This document shows, piece by piece, positions 48,480 to 59,000 of a stretch of DNA of 64,000 nucleotides. The number at the start of each line of letters is the position of its first letter. The first letter of the stretch is position 1. The stretch covers positions 3,360,001 to 3,424,000 of the forward strand of contig CBDCJH010000002.1 in NCBI GenBank assembly GCA_965217775.1, written 5' to 3'. Both the position numbers and the translations under genes were made by a program. Source of the stretch: Acidobacteriota bacterium. GTDB taxonomy: Bacteria; Acidobacteriota; UBA6911; RPQK01; JAJDTT01. The notes under the pieces were generated by a model that ran no database searches, had not been told where the DNA came from, and worked only from the letters and a program-made list of their open reading frames with translations.

Positions 48480-50888
48480 GGTTCCCCCGTACACGCGGGG
48501 ATAGACCTTTGATGGTGACTTCTCATGACCGCCATCACCGGGTTCCCCCGTACACGCGGGGATAGACCGGTGTCGGCATTCGAGGTGCTGGCGGGGCAAT
48601 CGGGTTCCCCCGTACACGCGGGGATAGACCATAGGAGTTTGTCGGCGGTATCGACCCTCACCCGGGTTCCCCCGTACACGCGGGGATAGACCCCGGGGTG
48701 GAGGGATGCTTGAGTATTCCAGACGGGTTCCCCCGTACACGCGGGGATAGACCGTTGTCGGGCCGCGGGGCCAACAAGGGATATCGGGTTCCCCCGTACA
48801 CGCGGGGATAGACCGCATCAAAGAGCGAGACTGAAATCGTCCACAGTGGTTCCCCCGTACACGCGGGGATAGACCTCCTCACGGCGTGAGAATTCGATGG
48901 TGTTCCCCGGTTCCCCCGTACACGCGGGGATAGACCCGCCTGGGGCAGAGGCTGACGCCTGGGGCATGGGGTTCCCCCGTACACGCGGGGATAGACCCTG
49001 GCTCGGCAACGCCTATCGGTGCTATCGCCGGGTTCCCCCGTACACGCGGGGATAGACCCTCAGGCAACCTTGGACCTTCCCACGCCTCAGCGGTTCCCCC
49101 GTACACGCGGGGATAGACCCTGGCAAATCAAATGCTTCAACAAGCGTATCAAGGTTCCCCCGTACACGCGGGGATAGACCCTCAGGCAACCTTGGACCTT
49201 CCCACGCCTCAGCGGTTCCCCCGTACACGCGGGGATAGACCCTGGCAAATCAAATGCTTCAACAAGCGTATCAAGGTTCCCCCGTACACGCGGGGATAGA
49301 CCCGGCACAGCCGGAGGAAGAGCCGGGTTCCGAGGGGTTCCCCCGTACACGCGGGGATAGACCGAAGTACGATTGCCCATTTGTGAGGCCGTCCACGGTT
49401 CCCCCGTACACGCGGGGATAGACCGAGGCAGACCCCGAACCGATCCGAACCGCTCCCGGTTCCCCCGTACACGCGGGGATAGACCCTCCTTGAGAGCGTC
49501 CCTGACCCGCTGCTCCTGGGTTCCCCCGTACACGCGGGGATAGACCGTATCCGTGAGACATGAGGGTTTCCTCCTTGAGGGTTCCCCCGTACACGCGGGG
49601 ATAGACCCGGAACCGGGCCCGTCACGGTTGACCAAGAAGGGGTTCCCCCGTACACGCGGGGATAGACCCTGGCCAAAGAGATGCTGGAGGTCCTCCGCAC
49701 GGGTTCCCCCGTACACGCGGGGATAGACCTTTGGAGGGGCCCGAAGAAAGTGGCGGAGAATCGGTTCCCCCGTACACGCGGGGATAGACCCATGATGTGG
49801 CTCCGGCCGGGCACGTCGAAAATGGTTCCCCCGTACACGCGGGGATAGACCCGAGTGCGGCCGCGTCGTCGAAGGCGAGGTATCGGTTCCCCCGTACACG
49901 CGGGGATAGACCCTGATTGCTCCATCCCGATTCGGAATTGATACGGGTTCCCCCGTACACGCGGGGATAGACCCTGGAGACGGGTGAGGACGGAGCGTGC
50001 GTGTGGGGTTCCCCCGTACACGCGGGGATAGACCTCGACCGGGCCAGATCCGGCACTCCCAGACCTTGGTTCCCCCGTACACGCGGGGATAGACCTGTTC
50101 ATTATGCGACCTTGCCCATGACCCGGTGGGTTCCCCCGTACACGCGGGGATAGACCCACCTGCAGGAAAGCATCAGGTATTACACGGACGGTTCCCCCGT
50201 ACACGCGGGGATAGACCCAGCTTCGGCCAAGACCTCAGCGACGACATTAAGGTTCCCCCGTACACGCGGGGATAGACCCTCGATATTTCGAGCCTCCGCA
50301 TACCTTCGGGCGGTTCCCCCGTACACGCGGGGATAGACCCTGCAAAGTCGGGCGGAATAAGTACACGAGCTAGGTTCCCCCGTACACGCGGGGATAGACC
50401 CTTCATGCCGATCCGGATCGAGTCTCTGTCCGAGGTTCCCCCGTACACGCGGGGATAGACCGACGCACGTATCGATCACGCCGCCGCTAAGCTGGGTTCC
50501 CCCGTACACGCGGGGATAGACCTCAGGCAATAGACAATCGCAACGATCAGTCCCGGGTTCCCCCGTACACGCGGGGATAGACCCTGGCTCAAGCTGATTT
50601 GGACTCCCGTCGGAAGGGTTCCCCCGTACACGCGGGGATAGACCATAGGAGTTTGTCGGCGGATCTACCCTCACCCGGGTTCCCCCGTACACGCGGGGAT
50701 AGACCCCAGGGCGGTCATAACGAGGGCGAGTGCATCGTGGTTCCCCCGTACACGCGGGGATAGACCCCAGGGCGGTCATAACGAGGGCGAGTGCATCGTG
50801 GTTCCCCCGTACACGCGGGGATAGACCCATGCCGGCCGGCGCGAACCCGGCGCTCGGGCGGGTTCCCCCGTACACGCGGGGATAGACC
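48480..50888 (+). CRISPR. type I-E CRISPR array, 40 identical 28-nt repeats and 39 spacers (33 nt; spacers 2 and 3 are 34 nt)
   Basis: Repeat GGTTCCCCCGTACACGCGGGGATAGACC at a 61-nt period; stem CCCCGT/GCGGGG. Confidence 0.98.
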
Positions 50889-51234
50889 ATGGGCGCGTGC
50901 CCTCGGGGCGAACACGCAGGTCGTCCGTCTGACTCAGCGCACAGCCTCGAAGCAGCGCAAGAAACACCGGGATCTGGATCTCGACGACTACCGAACGCGC
51001 TTGCCGGACACCCTGCGCTCTCCAGACCTCGTCATCGATGACACGGGGCACTGGAATCGTCCAGGGATCACTCTGGATTTCGTGACCTATGGCTCACAAG
51101 GGAGGATCTGGAATTCGGTCATCGCGGAGGACGACAAGGGCCATGCGCGCCTGGCGTCATTTTAATAGACGGGCCATGAAGACATCGATCGCACCCTCAA
51201 TCGCGGCAAAGTGTTGCTCGATCTCAGGAAATGA
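50889..51234 (+). pseudogene. fragment of a phage MuF-type C-terminal PBECR2-like RNase domain, fused directly to the last repeat; internal TAA-TAG at 51163-51168
   Basis: ALGANTQVVRLTQRTASKQRKKHRDLDLDDYR..LPDTL..ARLASF**TGHEDIDRTLNRG resembles Mu-like minor-head-protein C-terminal domains (from recall). Confidence 0.6.
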
Positions 51235-51367
51235 ATTCGAGAGGGAGGTGCCGGGATTTCGCCGTTAGGCATCCGCTCCCGGCGGGCGCCCGAGCCCAGT
51301 ATAGCAGCGGCGACCACCTCGATAGATCAGGGACTCCGGAGGCGGGTCGTACTATCCACGGACCGCT

Positions 51368-51602
51368 GTTCCCCTGGACTCCCTTTCGCCGTCATTTCAC
51401 TGTGTAGGCGTGGAAAAGATCCGAGATCAGAGACAAACGGAGGAGAGATGAGCGGGGATTCTTGGATATCTGCCGATCGTCCCGGCCAGCGATCGGACGC
51501 AAGATAGCACGAGTCCACGAGGAGGGTCAATTTTTCTAGCGGAACCGCGGAACCGGTTCCCCCTATACTCCCATTCGCCCTCCGTTCACTGTGGCAGGCA
51601 TG
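51368..51602 (+). repeat. imperfect direct repeat pair of about 45 bp (51368-51412, 51556-51602)
   Basis: Shared blocks CCCCT..ACTCCC.TTCGCC.TC..TTCACTGTG..AGGC.TG. Confidence 0.8.
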
Positions 51603-51612
51603 ACGCCGAAGA

Positions 51613-51762
51613 AGGGTTCCCCCGTACACACGGGGATATGGTGGTCATGGATGTCTACGAGGAGATTGTCCGGAGGGTTCCCCCGTACACACGGGGATAT
51701 GTTGAGGCTCGGATCGATTCCCATTCCGCACAGAAGGGTTCCCCCGTACACACGGGGATATG
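51613..51762 (+). CRISPR. atypical mini-array: 3 repeats AGGGTTCCCCCGTACACACGGGGATATG, 2 spacers of 33 nt
   Basis: Identical 28-nt units at 51613, 51674 and 51735 (61-nt period); variant of the main repeat. Confidence 0.92.
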
Positions 51763-51789
51763 CCTGCCCAATCTTGCTGGCATCAAAGC

Positions 51790-51990
51790 GTTGGCGGCCA
51801 ACAACTACCGTCATGTGGCACGTCAGGAGTCCCAGATTGAATCCACACAATTGCAGTAGCCGCTTGCGCAGCTTGGGACGGCCCCGGGCGTAGACCTCGA
51901 TCAACCCTCCCGCCATGAACTGATGCGCGTACGAGTCGTTCCGCCGGTTCAAACCGCTCATTCTGTAACGAGGTCCTCAGGATCGTTTCT
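51790..51990 (-). mobile_element. degenerate C-terminal remnant of an IS1182-like transposase
   Basis: SYAHQFMAGGL..RKRLLQLCGFNLGLL resembles the ERSFAH..GG..RG..KR....FNLGLL C-terminus; frameshifted. Confidence 0.55.
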
Positions 51991-52185
51991 TTTCCATAGC
52001 CTTGGTACGGTTTCAAGTTATCGGGGACGCTCGCGAATTTTCGCCACAGGCTGATAGCCTGAATCGCTCGCCGCGTCGGTGAGCCTATGATGAAAAAATC
52101 ATATCGCCGGACCTTTGTGGTCGTACTATCGAAGTCTCCCGGACACAGGCGGCGCTGGGCACAGCCGGCCGCATCAGGAGGATCC

Positions 52186-55100
52186 GTGCTTCCCGTGAGC
52201 GCGTGGTTCGCCCTGATTGCGGTTTTGCTTTTGTCCATGCCGGCGCTTGCCCAGAACCGGGCGACGACCGCCGAGATCACCGGCCGGGTCGAAGACGCCA
52301 CCGGCGGCGTGTTGCCCGGCGGCACGGTGACCGTCGTCAACCTCGACAACGGCCTGACCCGCTCCGCCGTGTCCGACGGTACGGGCGCCTACAGTGTCAT
52401 GCTGCTGCCCCCCGGCCGGTATGACGTCCGCGCCGAGCTGCCAGGCTTCAGCGCCGGAAAGCTCGACAAGGTGACCATGACCGTCGGCGCCAGCCGGACC
52501 ATCAACTTCGCCCTCCAGCCCGAGGGCGTGGCGGAGGAGGTCACGGTGACCGCGCAGACCTCGGCCGTCGAAACCACCACCGATACGTCCGACGTCACGC
52601 TCGACCGCCAGGCCATCTCGAACCTGCCGATCAACGGGCGGCGGTTCCACGATTTCGTCTCCTTGACGCCGACCGCGCAGGTCGAGCCTCAGCGCGGACA
52701 GATTTCCCTGGCCGGACAGCGCGGCATCAACGGCAACATCAGCATTGACGGCGTCGACTACAACCAACCGTTTTTCGGCGGCATCCGCGGGGGCGAGCGT
52801 TCGCAGTTCACGTTCACGATTCCCCAAGAGGCGATCCGGGAGTTCCGGGTCGTCAAGGCGGGCTACTCGCCCGAGTTCGGCCGGTCGACCGGTGGGATCG
52901 TCAACGCCATCACCGAGTCGGGAACCAACGCCACCCACGGGTCGGCGTTCTACCTCCTGCGGCCCGAGCAGTTCGCGGCGCGCAACGCGTTCGGCCAGGA
53001 GGCGGCGCCGACGCAACACCAGTTCGGCGGGTCCCTGGGCGGCCCGCTTGTCCGAGACCGGGTGTTCTACTTCGCCGCCTATGAGCAACAGGAGTTCAAG
53101 GCGCCGCGCGAGGTGCGCTTCGCGCGGCTCGACGGCTTCACTCCGACGCCGGGCAGCCGGGAAGGCTACGACCACTATCGGGGCCTCGAGACCCCGTTCG
53201 AGGTGACCAACGACGCCAGAGCATGGCTGGGGCGCGTCGACGTCAACCTGCCGCGGGGGAACCGCTTGAACGTCCGTTACAACGGCAGCGCCAACCGGGC
53301 CCTCAACTCCGACGGCGTCGGGGGCGTCATCACTCCGACCACCTCTCGCTCCCTCGAAACGAACGGCACGGAGGAGGACTCGACGCAGACGGCAGTCGGC
53401 CAGTTCATGAGCGCTCCGTCATCCAACCTCCTGTTCGAGCTGCGCGGGCAATATTCGCGGGAGGATCGGCCGCGTTCGGCTAATGCTCTCAAGCCGCTCG
53501 TCGATCTGTCGCTCGGAGAATTCGGGACCCGCAGCTTCCGTCCGACGACACAATTCGACTGGCGGGCGCAGGCAGGCGGCAACCTGACCTGGCTCGCCGG
53601 GGCGCACGGCGTGAAGGCGGGCTTCGACTACAACCACGTCTTCATCGACCAGACGTTCGGCTTCTTCCAGAACGGCGGCTATCTCGTCTTCGGATCCGAT
53701 GTCGAGACGACGCTGGACATCATCGGCGGCGGCGGCGCCATTCCGAACCGGTTCGACTCGCGGTCGCTGACTTACCTTCAGCAGATCGGCAATCTGAAGA
53801 CGTCGTTCGCGACCGACGAGATCGGACTGTTCGTGCAGGACGAGTGGCGCGCGGCGCCGACCCTGACGGTCAACTACGGCCTGCGCTGGGACGGGCAGTT
53901 CAATCCGGCCCCGGACGCCGACAACGACATGCTGCTCGGTCAACTGCGCGGCGTCACCTTCCCCATCGGCCGCACGGTCGACCCGACGAAAATTCCGAGC
54001 AGCAGTCTGCAGTTCGGTCCGCGGGCCGGCTTCGCGTGGGATCCGACCGGCGGCGCGAAGACGGTGGTGAGGGGGTTCGCCGGCATCTACTACGCGCGGA
54101 CCCCGCTTCTGCTCCTGGCCGGTCCGATGAACAACTTCCGCGTGCCGCCCGGTGACGTGACGGTGGCCCTGCCGTTCCGCGTCCCGCCGGAGAATCCGAA
54201 CGACACCCTGTACGAGCAGATGAAGCTGATCGGGATCGATCTCAACGAGCGCACGCTCGACAGGCTGCCGACGCTCACGCCGGACCAGATGACGGCCATC
54301 GCGACCGCGCTCGGAATCGACAACAACCCGTTCGCCGGCGCCCGCGTCACCATGATTCAGGAGGACTTCAGGAACCCGATGGCCAGACAGGTTGGGGCCG
54401 GCGTGCAGCACGAGATCAGCCCCGGCTGGTCGCTGGGCGCCGACGTGCTCGTCGTCGACACCATCCGCCTGGAACGCAACCGCGACCTCAACGTACCGCT
54501 ACCGACCGTGCGGCGCGACGATCCCGCGCAACGGCCGTTCTTCGGCCTGCGGAGCGGGACGGCGCGACCGGTTCCGGGACTCGACAGTGTGACGGTCCGC
54601 GAGTCGACCGCGTCGGCGCTCTACCGTGCGCTGACGGTCCGCTCGGAGATCCGCCGCCCCTGGGGACAGTTCAACGCCTACTACGTGCTGTCGAAGAACG
54701 AGTCCAACGACGACAACGAACGGTGGGCGGGGGGAGTGTCTTACGAGAACGGGTACGACCTGGCCTCAGAATACGGTCCGAGCACGCTCGATCGCCGGCA
54801 CCAGTTCCACGTGACCGGCGTGGTCATGCTGCCCGGCGCCGTCGACTTCTCGACCGGGATGTACATCCTCTCGGGCGCACCGTTCGACGCGCGCATGGGC
54901 ACGGATTCGAACCAGGATCGGGGCGGCGCCGACCGTCCCCTCAGCGCACCCGGCGTGCCGTTCACCCGAAACGCGTTCCGCGACGAACCGATTGCCGACA
55001 TCAACCTTCGGGTGCAAAAGCGATTCTCGCTCGGCGGGACCCGGCAGGCACTCGTATCGCTGGAGTTCTTCAACCTCTTCAACCGCGACAACGTCACGCT

Positions 55101-55284
55101 CAACCAGGGTTTCTCCACCGTTGCCAACTACTGCGCCAGTTCGCGCGACTTGGCCTGTGGCCTGGGCGGACGGCCGTCGAACCTCAACTTCGCCCAGACC
55201 CGCGGCGGAGACGGCGAGTATCTGACAGGGAACATCCCGGGACCGCCCTTACAGATGCAGATCGGCTTCCGGCTGCTGTTTTGA
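52186..55284 (+). CDS. TonB-dependent receptor (Oar-type)
   Basis: GTG after AGGAGG; signal peptide; NLPINGRRF, EAIREFRVV..YSPEFGRSTGG, FVQDEWR; terminal IGFRLLF. Confidence 0.92.
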   Translation: MLPVSAWFALIAVLLLSMPALAQNRATTAEITGRVEDATGGVLPGGTVTVVNLDNGLTRSAVSDGTGAYSVMLLPPGRYDVRAELPGFSAGKLDKVTMTVGASRTINFALQPEGVAEEVTVTAQTSAVETTTDTSDVTLDRQAISNLPINGRRFHDFVSLTPTAQVEPQRGQISLAGQRGINGNISIDGVDYNQPFFGGIRGGERSQFTFTIPQEAIREFRVVKAGYSPEFGRSTGGIVNAITESGTNATHGSAFYLLRPEQFAARNAFGQEAAPTQHQFGGSLGGPLVRDRVFYFAAYEQQEFKAPREVRFARLDGFTPTPGSREGYDHYRGLETPFEVTNDARAWLGRVDVNLPRGNRLNVRYNGSANRALNSDGVGGVITPTTSRSLETNGTEEDSTQTAVGQFMSAPSSNLLFELRGQYSREDRPRSANALKPLVDLSLGEFGTRSFRPTTQFDWRAQAGGNLTWLAGAHGVKAGFDYNHVFIDQTFGFFQNGGYLVFGSDVETTLDIIGGGGAIPNRFDSRSLTYLQQIGNLKTSFATDEIGLFVQDEWRAAPTLTVNYGLRWDGQFNPAPDADNDMLLGQLRGVTFPIGRTVDPTKIPSSSLQFGPRAGFAWDPTGGAKTVVRGFAGIYYARTPLLLLAGPMNNFRVPPGDVTVALPFRVPPENPNDTLYEQMKLIGIDLNERTLDRLPTLTPDQMTAIATALGIDNNPFAGARVTMIQEDFRNPMARQVGAGVQHEISPGWSLGADVLVVDTIRLERNRDLNVPLPTVRRDDPAQRPFFGLRSGTARPVPGLDSVTVRESTASALYRALTVRSEIRRPWGQFNAYYVLSKNESNDDNERWAGGVSYENGYDLASEYGPSTLDRRHQFHVTGVVMLPGAVDFSTGMYILSGAPFDARMGTDSNQDRGGADRPLSAPGVPFTRNAFRDEPIADINLRVQKRFSLGGTRQALVSLEFFNLFNRDNVTLNQGFSTVANYCASSRDLACGLGGRPSNLNFAQTRGGDGEYLTGNIPGPPLQMQIGFRLLF

Positions 55285-55300
55285 TGAGAGAAGCCCGGAC

Positions 55301-55636
55301 TTGGTCTCGGTGGCGCGACTACGGAACGAGGAGACTCGAAAGGTGCGATTCGGATCGTGCAAGCGGAATCCGAGGGAGCACGACGACGATTCTCTGGCGT
55401 CGTTTCGCCGACATGTGAAGCGCTTCCTCCGGACGGACGAAGGAAGGCGATTCTCGGACTGGGACCAGGAGTGGGCGCTCTACAGTCCCCGCTTCCCGCC
55501 CAATCAGCGGGACCGCCTGGAGACCGACGGATGGATCTGCCGCGACTTGTTGGACTTTCGGAATCGGTTGGGCAGGAGGGACGCCGGAGCGACCGGGGTG
55601 CTCGGCGTTTCGGAAAAGGTCGCCGGGAGAGACTGA
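55301..55636 (+). CDS. hypothetical protein or gene fragment
   Basis: Open frame with protein-like composition; stop overlaps the next ATG. Confidence 0.3.
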   Translation: MVSVARLRNEETRKVRFGSCKRNPREHDDDSLASFRRHVKRFLRTDEGRRFSDWDQEWALYSPRFPPNQRDRLETDGWICRDLLDFRNRLGRRDAGATGVLGVSEKVAGRD

Positions 55637-55797
55637 TGGACGCGACCAGCAACGACGGGAGGCTCACGGTCGTCAACGGGAACTGGGGCCGGGCGAGTCT
55701 GGCTTCGATACTGGCCGTCCTCGAATCGGCATACCGGATGCTGACGTCGGCCTTCGGCGTCAGACCGAACGCGCCAGCGCCAAGTACGTCGGGCTAA
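55636..55797 (+). pseudogene. truncated hypothetical gene (MDATSNDGRLTVVNGNWG...)
   Basis: ATG coupled to the upstream stop, RBS GGGAGA, early termination. Confidence 0.3.
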
Positions 55798-56016
55798 TTT
55801 CTTGCGCTCGACACCGGCCAAACGGCGGACCGACACACCGGTCTCCTGGTCTCGGCAACAGTCCTCTTCGGCGACCCACGAGGTTGGCTCCCGAGCCGAA
55901 AAGCCGGGAGCTTGCCCCAATGATGCTCGACGCGAGAGCGTTTCTCGTATTGAATCCCATGATGTGACTTCACTCGCGTTCAATGCAGGATAGCGCCGTA
56001 CGGAAGTCCCGAGGAC

Positions 56017-59000
56017 GTGCAAAACGCCAAGCTTCCTGACGATCTGAGACTGATCACGCTGAAGTATGGCGGTGATTGCCGGGCCTGCGGGACGGAACTG
56101 CCGCCCGGCGGTCGGGCGCACTGGTCGCCTTCGTCAAGCGCGGTCTGGTGCCATCGATGCTTTCTGGAATGGAACGGGTCAACGGAGCCTGACACCGCAA
56201 AGAACACTTCCCAGGAGCAATGGGCACGGCTCTGCAGGTATCTGAGCAAGTGCGTTCTTGCCGAGGCGGCCAATACGCTGGCGCGTTTTCGGGATCGGAG
56301 CAGAAACTGGTTTCCGCACGACGGTCGATCGGAGCTTCTGGTCACCGGCCTGCGAGACTCGATACCCGTTCCCGTAGCGCTGCGCAGGCATCTCGACCAA
56401 AGAAACGATTTCTCGTACATCTACGGATGGCCGACGCTGGTCGCGAAGAATCAGAGGAACCATCCGATGATCGCTCCCCTGTTCGTGGTGCCTGTCCGTC
56501 CCGAACGGCGCCACGGCGTGTGGGTCGTCGATGCCAAGTCTGAACCCGAGTTGAATCTTTCGATCGTGGCCGGGGACCTGTTCGATCTGGCCATGAAGGA
56601 TGAGATCGACGCCGTTGTGGACGACGAATTGCCGTTCGGCGACGCATCGGCTCTTGCGCGCGTGGCGCGGGAGATCGCCGGCGTTCTCAACCTCAGGATC
56701 GTCTCCGGTCTCGAGCCGGAAGCGCTGAGACCGTGCCACGGCGCCCTGGGCTTGCACAACGCCGCGGTCTGGATCCTGGCCGACGAGGGCCGTTATGCGC
56801 ACCGATCCCTTCTGAACGAACTCGAGAAGCTGGCTTTTCGACGCGATTGGACGAAGACGGCGGCGGCATGCCTTGTCCCCGCACGATCGAGCATCGGGAA
56901 ACCCGCACGCCAGCCGCCGAAGAAGGACACGGCCGCTCCGCTTCCCTGCAACGGCTCACAGGAACTCACCCTCGAACGTCTCCGGCGAGAACCGTTGACC
57001 GTCGTGACCGGTCCTCCAGGAACGGGCAAGACCCAACTGGTCGTGAACGCAGTCGCAAACGCCTGGCTCGACAAAGAGACGGTGCTCGTGGCGTCGACGA
57101 ACAACGGCGCGGTTGACGTGGCTGTCGATCGGGCCGGAAAGATCGGTGAGGGAATGCTGCTTCGGACGGGGAATCGCCGTCACGTGGAGAAGCTGATGGA
57201 TCAGATTCCGGCGTTGCTGGGCTCCGTCGGCGAGGCGCCAGGCGATCCCTGGGAAGACTTCGAAAGCGAGGCGCGGGCTCGCGCGGAACTCGCGCGGACG
57301 GCCGGTCGCCGAACGCGCCTGCTAGCGGATCTGACCGAAGTGGCTGACCTGAACCGGAAGCTCACCGCGATTGTGGAACGTCTGGAGGAACTCGCCCGCG
57401 AGATCTGGCGGAATCGGGTGCGCGTACCCAACTTGGCTCTCGCTTCCAGAATCGTCCGTCGTTGGAGCCGCCGCAGACCGTCCTTCAGCCGGTGGCTGCT
57501 TCTGCTCAAGTTGACGGGATGCGGAAAGTCAAGCCCACGTTCCGAGCTTCTCACTCGCTGGACAGAAATCGATCGCCAGCGGACCCGACTGACGACCCTG
57601 CTGTCGAATCTGGAGACCCGGATCGGAGATCCCGACACCAGCCTGCCCCGCGCCGACAAGGACTGGGCCGACGCCAGCATGGCGGCAGCGAAAACCGTGA
57701 TCCGCACCGGCGTCGTCAACGGAAAGCCAGCCCTCAACGCGTTGAACCGCGTCCCGCCGGCAGGGCCGAAAATCATGGGAGCGATCCGTGACAGCCTGAC
57801 ACATGCGCGCGGCTGGGCCTGTACGGCACTTTCGATGAAAAGGAATTTCCGTCTCGAAGGCGGGCTCTTCGACCTCGTGATCATCGACGAGGCGAGCCAG
57901 TGCAGCCTCGCCACGGCATTACCGCTCGCCTATCGCGCGAAACGCCTCGCCGTGATCGGGGACCCGAACCAACTGAATCCGATCGTCACGCTCTCTGATG
58001 GCTGGCTGCGACGGATCGCCGAGAGTGAAGACTTCGAAGACGGCGACCTCTTGCGCCGTGGCATTCAGCATAAGGAAGGCTCAGCCTACCGCGCCTTCGA
58101 GCATGCCGGCCGACGGGCCTCCCAACAACCGATCGTGCTGGACGAGCACTACCGCAGCCACCCCATGATCGCCAGATGGTTCAATAACGAGTTCTACCAC
58201 GGAGAACTCACCGTCCTGACCGACGTCGCCAAGATGCCGCACAATGAACGAAGCATCGGATGGGTCGACGTCTTGGGCAAAGCCCGCAGGGGCCGGGCTG
58301 GGAGCTGGACGAACGTCGCGGAAGCCGAGTACACCGTTCGTCAATTGGCGAATCTGGTAAGCAACGCCGATGGTAGCGCCGGCGTCGTGACGCCGTTCGC
58401 GGCACAGGCACAGTTGATCCGTCGCTTGGCGCGCCAACGCCTTGGCGAGGAGCGTCTGGCAGACGCCGATTTCGTGTGCGGAACGGCGCATCGGTTCCAG
58501 GGTGGCGAAAAAGACACGATCGTCTTCTCGGCCGTGCTGACGCCCGGTATCTCGACGCGTACCGCGGCCTGGGTGGAACGGGAACGGAATTTGATCAACG
58601 TGGCAGTCAGCCGCGCCTGCAGGTCGCTGCTGGTCCTGGGCCACCCGGAAATCGCCACCGCGGGGAGTCGCACGCTGGCCTCGTTGCGTGAATATATTTG
58701 CAAGTCTATGACCCATGACGACGTTCCGAGTCTTGAAGCGGGTAAGTTCCGGACCGACAGCCGGGCCGAGGCGCGATTGCTCGACGCAATGCGCAGTGCC
58801 GGATTCCAGCCCTGCGCCAAACAGTTCATCCAGGGGTATGAACTCGACTTCGCGCTGTTCGAGCGGGGATTGTGGCTGAACGTCGAGGTCGACGGTGACC
58901 ATCACATCGACGACCGAGGCAAACGCCGACGTCAGGACATCGTCCGCGACCGAGTGCTGGTCGGGATCGGTTGGGACGTCTTGCGAATTCCGGCGTGGCG

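Noticed and set aside
48105-51051. Many minus-strand ORFs with repeated VYPRVYGG/GLSPRVRGN/SIPACTGE peptides
   Set aside because: These are translations of the CRISPR repeats, not proteins
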